A stretch of DNA of 64,000 bases, taken from the NCBI GenBank assembly GCA_951406725.2, contig OX597823.1, forward strand, positions 84,382,001 to 84,446,000, in the 5' to 3' direction. Origin of the DNA: Octopus vulgaris. Lineage: Eukaryota. The notes beneath the pieces are model-generated. The model worked only from the letters and a program-made list of their open reading frames with translations. It was not told where the DNA came from and ran no database searches. The translations under genes and the position numbers were made by a program. This document shows, in pieces, positions 1 to 11,957 of this stretch. Every line of letters begins with the position of its first letter. The stretch's first letter is position 1.

Positions 1-300
1 CAAAAAAGATTTTTGAGGATTCACGTAGCAGAATAGTAAATTGGAGACCCACGATAGTATTTTAAGAGCCCCTAAAAAGATCTTGCTTCAGATGTATATA
101 TTGGTTTCTTTCTCTACCATTTTACAAAGTTGGAGAAGTCCAAGCTACACGAGTTAATGTGTGGAAAGCAAAATGGAAATTTTGAAAGAAGCTTCTATAA
201 AACTAGTTTTTCAGCATCGAATGGCAATAGGGGTCCACCAGAATAAAATAGTAATCAAAGGGGTCCAGAGGTAAAAAAAAAACATGGTTGAGAACCCTTG
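1..300. mobile_element. Right end of a hAT-like non-autonomous DNA transposon, truncated by the window start
   Basis: Ends in GGTTGAGAACCCTTG (reverse complement CAAGGGTTCTCAACC), resembling hAT/Charlie-type termini. Repeated subterminal GGGGTCC motifs. The other end is not visible. Confidence 0.45.
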
Positions 301-356
301 TTTTAATCTGTCTCCTCTCGTTACCTTATGCATTTTAACCTCCGTTCTGTCTGTCT

Positions 357-570
357 ATGTATGTATGTATGTATGTATGTATGTATGTATGTATGTATGT
401 ATGTATGTATGTGTGTATGTATGTACGTACGTATGTATGTATGTATGTATGTATGTATGTATGTATGTATGTATGTACGTACGTACGTACGTATGTATGT
501 ATGCATGTATGTATGTATGTATGTATGTATGTATGTATGTATGTATGTATGTATCTATCTATCTATCTAT
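357..570. repeat. (TATG)n/(TATC)n microsatellite
   Basis: Direct reading. Representative of dozens of TA, CA, TATG and GATA tracts across the window. Confidence 0.98.
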
Positions 571-855
571 AATAATAAAGGGTAAAATTAATTAATTAAT
601 TAGTAATTAATAATCTTACCAAGTAGTTAAGTATGTTAAAAGAACCATTATCGGTAAACTTATAAAAAAATTCTGTAATTATGAGTATAATTATAATTAG
701 GGTTCAGCAAAAATTTGTTTCACCACATACCGAAATTTAGAAATAGCAGTTAAAACTAACTATTTCACTACCATAAGAAAAAACTCCCAGACAGCAATAC
801 TCAACAACTCACGCAGGTAAAGAGAAAAAATAACGAATCCACCCGGCTTTGATTA

Positions 856-939
856 ACTGCATACGCGTTTCGGAGTTAGAGAGATGTGAAAAATGTAAAA
901 ATCATATTTCTACTCTGCCGTTCTCTTCTTCAGTACAGT
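856..939 (-). ncRNA. Type I hammerhead ribozyme, minimal with palindromic stem III
   Basis: Minus strand reads ACTGTA-CTGAAGA-AGAG...CTCC-GAAA-CGCG-TA-TGCAGT. Stem I is 6 bp, both core boxes are intact, cleavage triplet is GUA. A-C mismatch at the first stem II pair. Confidence 0.75.
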
Positions 940-1001
940 GATTCAAGATTTTAAATTTGAGAGCACTGGAAAATTAAACATACTTATTTCACTTTTTCTT
1001 A

Positions 1002-1404
1002 TACTCTTTTACTCTTTTACTTGTTTCAGTCATTTGACTGTGGCCATGCTGGAGCACCGCCTTTAGTCGAGCACATCGACCCCAGGACTTATTCTTTGTA
1101 AGCCTAGTACTTATTCTATCGGTCTCTTTTGCCGAACCGCTAGGTAACGGGGACGTAAACATACCAGCATCGGTTGTCAAGCGATGTTGGGGGGACAAAC
1201 AGAAACACATAAACACACATACACATACATACATATATATACATATATACGACGGGCTTCTTTCAGTTTCCGTCTACCAAATCCACCCACAAGGCTTTGG
1301 TCGGCCCGAGGCTATAGTAGGAGACGCTTGCCCAAGGTTCCACGCAGTGGGACTGAACCCGGAACCACGAGGTCAGTAAGCAAGCTACTTACCACACAGC
1401 CACT
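1002..1404 (-). mobile_element. tRNA-derived SINE family A (CORE-like, octopus OR-type)
   Basis: Head GGCTGTGTGGTAAG..., B-box-like GGTTCAGTCCC, CCTTGGGCAAG core and GACTGAAACAAGTAAAAGAG tail. Many copies in the window. Confidence 0.9.
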
Positions 1405-1507
1405 GGAAATAGTTAGTTTTAACTGCTATTTCTAAATTTCGGTATGTGGTGAAGCAAATTTTTGCTGAATCCTAATTATAATTTTACTCATAATTATAGA
1501 ATTTTTG

Positions 1508-1611
<104 letters not shown>

Positions 1612-1699
1612 AACCACCATGTATGTATGTATGTATGTATGTATGTATGTATGTATGTATGTATGTATGTATGTATATAAGCATATAACTTAGATAATT

Positions 1700-2845
1700 T
1701 AGATTAGTTTCGGCCATTATTGGCCCAGGTCATGATTACCTCAATAGCACCACCTGGAAAAGACTTTTAGTTAATTATTTCGGGACACCATGGCCCACTC
1801 GAGCAGAGAGTTGTTGTTGATTGAGACGTATCCAGGCGTGGTGGTCTATCCGGTATTTCTTGCAATTTGTGCGGTCTTTTTCTACTTTAATTTCTTTTGG
1901 GATAACATTGAAAAGTGCAGGGCCGTTTGCAGAGAAGAAATTGTATCGCAATGTTCTTATGTGAGGTGATCTCGACCTTTGTAGGGGACGCATTGCACGG
2001 GGGCTTAGTCTTGGGTGAACTGTAAACATAATACCAATATCGTTTGGATAATATTGGTGGAATATTTTCCACATGGTGCAAATAATGTATCGCTCACGGC
2101 GGCATTGCAGAGAATAGAGCTTCAGCTGTTTAAGTCGAGCCCAATAATCAAGTCCCATCATGCCATTTATTTTTCTTTTGTGATTGATCTTTGTGGCGCT
2201 TCGATCCTCATTATGTCTTCTTTTTTAGGGGGCGGGGATAATGGGCAGCAGTAGTCGAGGTGGGGCGAATCCCATCTATTGGATTTTCCTGTATCCGAAG
2301 AAGAGTGTCTGCTCGAAGCGTTAAACCATCTTTCTTCCGTTTCCTGAGCACCTGCGAATACATTACATGTACCACGTCCTCGCATTGTTGTGTTTTTCGC
2401 GTTTGTTCTTCTCGGGGCGTAGCGAATGTGGAAAAAAGATAGATGATGGTTTCATGATCTCTAGATTGGAAAGTTCTGAGGATCGATGAACACATTCTGC
2501 GGGCAACATCGACCTTTTTGTTGATGTACACACTCCAACTAAAGTCGCTGTCGACAGTTACACCTAAGTCTCTGATATTATCCGACGGTTCAAGTAGGTC
2601 TCCCGACGGTAGTGTATATGGTTGTTTGACTGTGCTCTGTCTTCCAAAGTGGATAAGCTCAATGTTTTCTTTGTTCAACCTCTTATTGTTTTTTATTCTT
2701 TGTGCCCACTGGGTTTACTGCATATAGGTCTGATTGAAGCATTGTTCGATCATACGCTCCCTTAATAACTTTCTGGAGCTTAGAGTCATCTGCGAATGTT
2801 TTTATGGTGCCATGTTCAATGCAATCTGCAATGTCATTGATATAG
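1700..2845 (-). mobile_element. CR1-like LINE 3' fragment (degenerate RT and C-terminus)
   Basis: FADD near 2790, IRDLGVTVD...W..YINK, PHLDYC, IEAPQRSITK, LKQLKLYSLQCRRER. Frameshifted and interrupted at 2268-2413. Confidence 0.85.
2268..2413 (+). mobile_element. 146-bp HHR-like unit inserted in the LINE, with a 6-bp TSD
   Basis: GGGGCG duplicated at 2262-2267 and 2414-2419. Contains CCGAAGA-A-GAGT..GCTC-GAAG. Homologous to 6070-6256 and 42080-42280. Confidence 0.7.
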
Positions 2846-3288
2846 ACTAATATATAGTATATATATGTATATGTTTATGCACATATATATGCGTGCATAT
2901 AAGAATGTGTGTGCGTAAATGTGAGTGGGCATTCGCTTTGCACGTGTATATCCATTCAACCACACACACGCATACACACTCTCACTCTCTCTTCTTCCCT
3001 CCGTCTAACTAAAAGTATTAGACACTCACAACTGTTGTCGAAATAACTTCATTCTCGCCATGTTTCTTTTAGATTTATTGCAACATATTAGCTAAAATTA
3101 ATTTGGAAGAGCTACAACAATAACAGCCTAACAACAACATTCAACACGACAAAGACCATATCGTTATATATCTTTATACAGATGCGTATTTACTAACGCT
3201 TCAGTTTAAAGATACAGTTTTATTCTTGTGACAAATAACTGGAGCTATCATTGAACATTTCAATGTACAACGTAGATACAAATATGTA

Positions 3289-3347
<59 letters not shown>

Positions 3348-3523
3348 GCACATATTTATATACATATATATATGTGTGTGTGTATGTATGTATGTGTGTA
3401 TATATGTGCATATATTTATATGTATATATATGGATATATTTATGCGTATATGTAAGTGTGTGTATATATTTATATGTATATATATGAGCATATAGTTGTA
3501 TGTAGGTACATATACATATATGT

Positions 3524-3582
<59 letters not shown>

Positions 3583-3601
3583 TATACATATATATATATA
3601 G

Positions 3602-3637
<36 letters not shown>

Positions 3638-4038
3638 GCACACACACATATGCACACATAAGCCTATATATATATATACATGCACTTATACTCACAAACA
3701 CACAAATACACACACACACATATCTAAGTATATGTATATATGTTGTATGCATTATATATAGATATATATTGTTTCATTTAACAATGCTATCTGGTTATTC
3801 AGCATTTGTATACATACGTATATCGGCTATGTTTTTCTTCTCCCCCCCCCCGTCTCTCTCTATTTCATCACTTTCTCTCTCTTTCATCCATAAAGCCTTT
3901 CTCTATACTGTATTCTTTTTTCATATTCTATCTGCATCTTCGTGTGTGCGTGTGTGTGTGTTTTTGTGTGTGTGTGTGTGTGTGTTTGTTGTGTGGAGTG
4001 CAAGTATGTATATATGTATTTATGCTTATGATTGTTTA

Positions 4039-4094
<56 letters not shown>

Positions 4095-4225
4095 AATGTA
4101 AATATGTATGTACATATGTATTTATCAGTGTATGTATGAATACATATACATACATAGATAGATTGATATATGAATGTTTATATATATATATATATATATA
4201 CAAGTATGTATGCGTTTATATATAT

Positions 4226-4271
<46 letters not shown>

Positions 4272-4414
4272 CAGTCTATGTATTTAATTATCTACGAATG
4301 TTTCTTTATTCAACTCTTTCAACAGATACATTTAAACATACAAATATCAACACAAATATGCACATATTTATTTCAGTGTGTGTGTGTGTGTGTGTGCGCG
4401 AGTGTATGTGCGTG

Positions 4415-4447
<33 letters not shown>

Positions 4448-4568
4448 GTGTGTGTGCGCGTGTGTGTATTTTAATTGTGTCTGAGTATTTAGATTGATAT
4501 TCCTTGGTGTATGATATATACACGTGTGCGCCCGGAGTGTATTACCTCCCCCTCTACCTCAGTACATA

Positions 4569-4610
<42 letters not shown>

Positions 4611-4785
4611 TATGTATGTATATACATATATATGTATATATATATACATATGTGTATTTATACATATATATATATACATAGGTATATATATACATAGGTA
4701 CACATATATATTTATACATATGTATACATATACTTATACACACATATATGTATGTACTTATATGCGTAAGGTATACGTATGCGTA

Positions 4786-4823
<38 letters not shown>

Positions 4824-4912
4824 ATGTTTTCCAGTTTCAGCTCTTGAGCTGTGGCCATGCTGGGCACCGCCATTATATATATATATATATATATATATAA
4901 ATATAAATATAA

Positions 4913-4953
<41 letters not shown>

Positions 4954-6001
4954 ATATTAGGGAGTATAACTCCAAACCTACATATATATAAGTGCATACA
5001 CATATATATATATACACATATATAATACATACAGACACATACACACAGACACATACACACACACACAAATATTTATATGCTCTACAAACATAAACACCTG
5101 CATACGCATGCATACGCATACACACAAACACATACATATGAAACACTTTTTCTCATTTCCCATTCTTTTCCCCTGTTTTATCTCTTTCTCCTTTTCTCTT
5201 TCACCTCTCTCTCTCATTATATGCATTTCCTCCCCCTCTCTCGCCAAATTTTCCCGCCTTCTCCTTATCATTGTGTATATATATATATCTGTCTTTCACA
5301 ATCTTTAAAACATTTTTTATGTTTCCCGTACTTTTAACTTCTATCATCGTACATTCATTTACTATGATAAATTAAAACCCATTGGTTTCCTCGTTTCTAC
5401 TGATTAAAAATTTCCTCCATTTTGAGCATGATGCATTTGTGTGAATATATATATATATGTATGTATGTTTGTATGTATTTATGTATGTATACACATTCTA
5501 GCTATATGCATATTTTCATTGTAAAAGAATTATACATTTGGCTACTTATCAAAATGGATTGATTTCTGCCGCGGCTTTTATTTTCCCTCTTGTGAAACCA
5601 TCTATCAACCTTGCTTTGCACAAAGAACCATAGTTGAAGATTTTCATCAGGATCAACTTCACTGTTTTCCTGGAGATACTGAAAATTATAATTCAATTAT
5701 TTTCTAAAAAAACCTTTCCTATCAAATCTCTTACGTTCCATTAAGATACAAGGAAAAAAAAATAAAAGAAATCAATAACATTTATATATATATATATATG
5801 ATATATTTATTGTACCCATATAATACATATATTTATTGTGTTATGTGTATTCATTGTGATATATGTATGTGTGTGTGTGTGTTTATAAATACATACACAC
5901 ATATATATGTGTATGGTTGTTTGTATATATATGTGTGTGTATATATATATATATATGTATGTATATATAAATATATATGTGTGTGTGTGTGTGTGTATGT
6001 A

Positions 6002-6069
<68 letters not shown>

Positions 6070-6070
<1 letters not shown>

Positions 6071-6253
6071 TGTATCGTTGGGGATTTTTTTCCTCCGTCT
6101 TCCCTTCCTTGGGTCTTTCCTTTTCCTATGTTTCCGACGAAGAGCTTCGCTCGAAATGTTGAATCCGCCTTCTTTCTTTCCTTTCATGAGCGTCCAATAA
6201 CACTATACTTGTTCCACGTCCTCGCGTAGTTGTGTTTTCAGGTTTGGATTAAC

Positions 6254-6256
<3 letters not shown>
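6070..6256 (+). mobile_element. PLE-like short repeat with a variant hammerhead (CCGACGA core)
   Basis: GTTT-CCGACGA-A-GAGC-TTC-GCTC-GAAA-TG-TT at 6130-6160. Flanked by (TA)n. Homologous to 42080-42280. Confidence 0.6.
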
Positions 6257-6293
<37 letters not shown>

Positions 6294-6294
<1 letters not shown>

Positions 6295-6847
6295 GATGGT
6301 GAGACAAAAAGTAACGCCATTTTGTTTAGAACAGGTATAATTACCAACACATGAACATGTGTCATACATTAATATGAAGCTGGTCATCTGTGGATCACAA
6401 CCCTACTTCTCAACATAGTCAACGTTTCTCTCAATAACAATGTTCCATCTTCGAATGAGAGCATGTATCCCTGCCCCGTAAAATTCTGTTGACTGACCTT
6501 TCAGCCACTTTTTCACTACAATTTTCACTTCTTCGTCACTGGAATAATGTTTGCCTCTCAACCCTCTTTGGTGGCGATGAAGAGATGATAGTCTGAAGGC
6601 GCTAAATCTGTTGAGTGTGGCGGTAGTGAAGAAGTGGCTCAAAGAACAATCAATAGAATTTTACGGGGCAGGGATACATGCTCTCAATCGAAGATGGAAC
6701 ATTGCTGTTGAGAAAACGGTGACAATGTTGAGAAGTAGGGATGTGATCCACAGAGGACCAGCTTCATTTTGATGTATGATACATGTTCCTATGTTAGTAA
6801 TTATACCTGTCCTAAACAAAAAGGCATTACTTTTTGACTCACTCTCG
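6294..6847. mobile_element. Palindromic mariner derivative made of two inverted 3' ends
   Basis: TA at 6292-93 and 6848-49. TIR-like CGAGAGTGAGTCAAAAAGTAATGCC at both ends. Both arms encode the transposase C-terminus (KKWLK..S.EFYGAGIHAL.RRWN...VEK) on opposite strands. Confidence 0.85.
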
Positions 6848-6893
6848 TATGTATCTATACATACATACGTACGTACATTCATACATACATACA

Positions 6894-6929
<36 letters not shown>

Positions 6930-7155
6930 TACATATATATATATATACATACATACATATATGTATCAAAAGAAAAACAAATCCTTTGCGTCCTGTTTCT
7001 CTTTTGATACATATATCCTATCACCTGTACCACTAGCTGGCATATACAGGTGCTTACAGTTATCAAGTATTCACCCTGAATTTTTTGTACCTAACTCACC
7101 TACGTTGTCACCTGGACTGGATCCTATATAACCTCGACAACCTTTAGTACTTGAT

Positions 7156-7214
<59 letters not shown>

Positions 7215-7215
<1 letters not shown>

Positions 7216-7810
7216 TTCCGCCTTCCCGTCGTTCACCCGCGACGTCACTTCCGCTGCTGTCTCTCTGGCCTAGCCCTCTCAAGGTAATGGACGACATTCT
7301 TTTTGCCCCGCTCGTCGTCCATAAAAAATTCTGCGTTCGCAATACTTTTTTTCGTTCGGCGTTAACAGCCCTTCTTATCTTGTTTTTCCTTGTCCTGTCT
7401 TTTACTGTTTATAATTTGTACTGTCGTTACTGTCCTGTTGTTACCATTTTTTACCCCTCTGCGAAAAGATCTCAGAATTTTAATTGATTTGCTTTTCGCA
7501 GGAAGGAAAGTTTCTTGTCGAAGATACGTCACGCTTTTATCCTTCGAAACGTAGAGTAGATGAAACCTTTAGCGACTGAAGAAAGAGTTTTTTCTTTGTG
7601 TTAATTGTCCTGTACTCTATTTTTTTGCTGTTTTTAAAAAAATGTCCAGTTCCTTTGGTTTGTGTCTATGTTTTCGTTTCTCATTGTGTTCGACGTCCTT
7701 TTGGTGTCCTGTACTCATATATGCGTGTATATGTACATGTAGAGGTAGGTACGTTCATATATGTTTATATATATGCATATGTTTTATTATATTTATTAAC
7801 ATATATATAT
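7215..7810 (+). mobile_element. PLE pseudo-LTR-like repeat: hairpin, hammerhead-like boxes, T-rich tail
   Basis: Hairpin at 7459-7501, CCTTCGAAACGTA near 7541-7553, CTGAAGA at 7576-7582. The 7541-7805 part is repeated inverted at about 9055-9311. Confidence 0.5.
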
Positions 7811-7949
7811 ATAGGACAGTCCATAATGAAGTAAGAATAAATGCGAAACAAGGTGAAAAAAAAAATAGTACTCGAATACCGGAAGGAGAGTGATATACTT
7901 TATTATTAAAGCTCGAAAAACATCACAAAAATATCACGAGAAAAAAAAA

Positions 7950-7987
7950 CTGCTACTCTGAGTTTCATGTTTCCGTTTCTCAGACAG
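7950..7987 (-). ncRNA. Decayed hammerhead ribozyme in a repeat
   Basis: Minus strand reads CTGT-CTGAGAA-ACGGAAACAT-GAAA-CTCAGAG-TA-GCAG. Stems I and III pair but the core is damaged. A related repeat at 26075-26175 appears to have the HHR interior deleted. Confidence 0.5.
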
Positions 7988-8079
7988 ATTAGATTGAATC
8001 AATCTAAACTGTCCTACAACAATCAAGAGAGTGAAACAGTTTATGTGATGTTTTCCAGCTTTAATAATAATAATGTGTA

Positions 8080-8153
<74 letters not shown>

Positions 8154-8154
8154 A

Positions 8155-8435
8155 CAATAATGATATCAGGGTAAAATTAATTAATAAATATCTTTTTAAT
8201 TAATTTTACAAAGTAGTTCAGTACGTTAAAATAACCTTTTTAGGTAAAATTATATAAATATTTTATAATTATAGACATAATTTTAATCAGCGGTCAGCTA
8301 ATTGTTTCGCCACGCACCGAATTTAGAAATAGGAGTTAGAAAAGGCATTTTAACTCCTATTCTAAATTCGGTGCGTAGTGAAGCAATTAGCTGCCCCCTG
8401 ATTACAATTATATTTATAATTATAGAATATTTGTA
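8155..8435. repeat. Inverted-arm repeat related to 571-766
   Basis: Arms 8256-8338 and 8351-8432. Shares the GGGTAAAATTAATTAAT...CCGAATTTAGAAATAG layout with the first element. Confidence 0.75.
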
Positions 8436-8604
8436 AATATATATATATATATATATATAAATAGATGAGTGTATTTTCTGTTTGCTACTTATGACGTTAT
8501 ATCATATAACGTTTTTTTAAACAATATTAATAGAGTTCTGTCTATCGCTATACAAATCCATCATTTTTTGCTAAAATGTCTTATTGACGAGATTCGTTTT
8601 TTTC

Positions 8605-8690
8605 ACTTTCCTGAGGAGAAGATTGCATTGTTTATCCCATTTATTCTTTTGAATAGTATCAGTGGAATTTTCGAAACATGTGTCGAAAGT
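8605..8690 (+). ncRNA. Type I hammerhead ribozyme
   Basis: ACTTTC-CTGAGGA-GAAGATTGCATTG...CAGTGGAATTTTC-GAAA-CATGTG-TC-GAAAGT. Perfect 6-bp stem I, long stem II, GUC cleavage triplet ending at C8684. Confidence 0.85.
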
Positions 8691-8737
8691 AAAAATATTT
8701 TATTACACCTGCGTTAACTCAATTTTTTTATTCATAT

Positions 8738-8769
<32 letters not shown>

Positions 8770-8939
8770 AACACATGAATATGCAAAATACGTACAAACA
8801 AGCGTACACACACGCATACATATATATAAATACATATATACATACATACGTGTATGCACATGCTCAATGACGCGCACACATGCGCACAATCAAACGAATA
8901 AACAAAATGAACGCAGCTGCTGAGTTAACAACTTTGAAG

Positions 8940-9047
8940 AGTTTGCAAGAAGCAATGAAAATTATAAAAAAAATGATTGGAAATTGAGCCGGTGAATCTG
9001 TTAATTAATATGGCATTAAAACAGAATGACTCTCCCCAGGCACAACA
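8940..9047. repeat. Dispersed repeat, second copy at about 28530-28640
   Basis: Both copies share GGAAAT.GA.CCGGTGA...TAAAA.AGAATG.CTCTCCCCAGGCACAA and abut (TA)n. Confidence 0.6.
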
Positions 9048-9343
9048 ATATATATATATATTAATAAATAAAACATATGCATATATATAAACATATATAT
9101 ACGTACCTACCTCTACATGTACATATACACGCATATATGAGTACAGGACACCAAAAAGTCGTCGAACACAATGAGAAACGAAAACATAGACACAAACCAA
9201 AGGAACTGGACATTTTTTTAAACAACAAAAAAATAGAGTACAGGACAATTAACACAAAGAAAAAACCCCTTCTTCAGTCGCTATGGTTTCATCTACTCTA
9301 CGTTTCGAAGGTGATATATATATATAAATATATATGGTATGGG

Positions 9344-9382
<39 letters not shown>

Positions 9383-9384
<2 letters not shown>

Positions 9385-9681
9385 AAGCACATGGTCTAGT
9401 GGTTAGAGCAGTGGGCCCGCGGTCGAGGGATCGCGGGTTCGAATCTCAGACTGGGCGATGCGTGTGTTTATGAACGAAACATCTAAGCCCCACGCGGCTT
9501 CGGCAGAAGGTAATGGCGGACTTCTGCTGACTCTTTCGCCACAAATATCGCCCACTCTTTCCTGCTGCATCTTGCAACTCAACTGCGACGGACCGGCGTC
9601 CCGTCCAGGTGGGAAATCTATACGCTAATGAAGCCGAGAAAGCGTCCCTTATGAGCCAGGCATGGCTCGAGAAGTAACAAC
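9383..9681 (+). mobile_element. tRNA-derived SINE family C (V-domain-like)
   Basis: A box TGGTCTAGTGG, B box GGTTCGAATC, CTGCGACGGACCGGCGTCCCGTCCAGG, CAA tail. Other copies at 48448 and 52999. Confidence 0.85.
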
Positions 9682-9869
9682 ACACACACACACACACACA
9701 CAAATCCAATCAAAAGGCTTTGGTCGGCCCGAAGCTATAGTAGAAGACACTTACTCAAGGTGCCACGCAGTGGGAATGAACCCAGAACCATGTGGTTGGG
9801 AAGCAAGCTACTTACTACACACCCACTCCTACGACTGTATATATATATATATCTGTGTGTGAGTCTGAG

Positions 9870-10187
9870 ACCCACTTCGGTCACGACACTGACCATGGGA
9901 TTGCACCTAGAAAGTTACCCTCCCAAGCACAAGTCCGGGCAAGGTTGTTTATGGAAGACCTGCAGTCGCCCATGCATACCGGTCTCCCCTCTCTACGCCA
10001 CCAGTGTTATCCAAGGGAAAGGCAACGGCCGATACAGCTTGGCACCTGTGACGTCGCAAGTCATTTCTACAGCTGAGTGAACTGGAGCAACGGAAAATAA
10101 AGTGTCTTGCTCAAGAACACAACACGCATTCCGGTCCAGGATTTGAGCTCACAACCTCACGATCGTAAGCTCGACGCTCTAACTACT
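9870..10187 (-). mobile_element. tRNA-derived SINE family E
   Basis: Minus strand has a tRNA-like head (AGTAGTTAGAG...GAGCTCAAATCC), then GTTCTTGAGCAAGACACTT and CTCCAGTTCACTCAGCTGTAGAAATG central motifs. Confidence 0.7.
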
Positions 10188-10544
10188 ATATATGTTATAT
10201 ATATATATGCTAGTACTGATATACTTATTTACCAACCTACCTACTTAGAGATATATCTACATACATACTTATGTATAGGAATGTATATATGCAATGTCCA
10301 TGCATATATCTGCTTGTGTATACGCACGCATTAGTATGTGTGTGCACGTGTGGCGTGTGTACATAATATACATGGGAATCTGGTTAACCGTTTTTCTTTT
10401 TCGCCTTTTCAATTCAATTTTCCTGTTACCTCATCAATTTTTGAAAAACTTCCTTATTTGTTTAAAATTTCATTTTTCTCGCTTTGGTTTACCCACTGCG
10501 ATGTTATAATGAGTATGGAAAGTGTTCAGAAATATAGACACACA

Positions 10545-10584
<40 letters not shown>

Positions 10585-10925
10585 TACACACACACATACA
10601 TACACACATACATACACACACGCAAATATATATAGCGCATCCACATACGTACATACAGGCACATACGTACATACATACATGCATACATACTTTACAAACA
10701 TACATACATACATATACTCACATAGACACACACAGGCAAATATGTATATAATACAATTATATACATATATACAGACACATACAGACATACATACATGTAT
10801 ACATACACATACATGTATGTTGATATATGTATATCTATAATGTGAATATGGGACATGTGCTTTGTGTGTGTATATACATATATACATACAGACATATATG
10901 TCTATATATATATACATATACATAT

Positions 10926-11002
<77 letters not shown>

Positions 11003-11144
11003 TCTAAATATGTATGTATTTAATCCACGATCTTTTAATCTAATAATCTATAATTTGCTGTGCCAATGGCTCTTCGTGAATTATATGTGTCTGTGTGTCT
11101 GTATTTATGCATATCTCTGTATGTATAAGTATTCATGTATGTAC

Positions 11145-11185
<41 letters not shown>

Positions 11186-11257
11186 GCATGCGTACATACA
11201 TATATAAACACATACATATATACATACATACATACATACATTCATACATACATACAT

Positions 11258-11311
<54 letters not shown>

Positions 11312-11408
11312 TTAGTTCACATTACTCCTATGGAGTAAAGGACTGGTTGCATGGTTTCCATTGTGTATATATTCTCCACCTGGACGGAACACCGGTCTGT
11401 CGCAGCAA

Positions 11409-11439
<31 letters not shown>

Positions 11440-11865
11440 TGTATGTATGTATATGTATGAATGTATGTATTATGTATGTGTGTGTGTATGTGTGTATGTA
11501 TGTATCTATGTATGAATGCATGTATGTATGTGTGTGTATGTATGTATGTATGTATGTATGTGTGTGTATGTGTGTATGTATGTATGTATATATGTTTGTA
11601 TATATGCATGTATGTATGTTTGTATGTATGTATGTGTGTATGTATGTATGAATGTATGTATGTATGTATGATTGTGTGTGTGCGCGCGCTGGGAAGCGGC
11701 CCACATAACCAGAGTTCGGGCCCAGTAGTGGGTAGCACACTCTACTCCTATATCCAGTGCTGTACGACGTGAGGTGTCAAACTGTAGAATAGGGTAGTTT
11801 GCTAAATACGATCCACGTATTAATAAAATATTTAAAAAAAACTTATGTGATGTTCACTGTCTTAT

Positions 11866-11957
11866 AAAACGTAAACGTGTTTCGGTAAATTTCCGTAATG
11901 ATTACATAATGTTCGTTGAAACATTACATAATCTTGTAAAACACCTCATCTGTCTTC
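11866..11957 (-). ncRNA. Decayed hammerhead-like fold with long stem II
   Basis: Minus strand reads CAGATGA-GGT...GATTATGTAATGTT/AACATTATGTAATC...ACC-GAAA-CACGTT-TA. Core is mutated and stem I is poor. Confidence 0.35.

Larger units (their letters stand above)
571..1506 (-). mobile_element. Penelope-like (PLE) non-coding remnant with inverted arms and a hammerhead ribozyme, interrupted by a SINE
   Basis: 666-766 and 1406-1506 are inverted copies. HHR fold at 856-939 on the minus strand. Related sequence at 8155-8435. Confidence 0.6.

Noticed and set aside
5565-5655. Minus-strand CTGATGA with downstream GAAA
   Set aside because: Flanks do not form the required stems.
9383-9450. tRNA genes at SINE heads
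   Set aside because: A and B boxes are present, but there is no full cloverleaf and they continue into SINE bodies.
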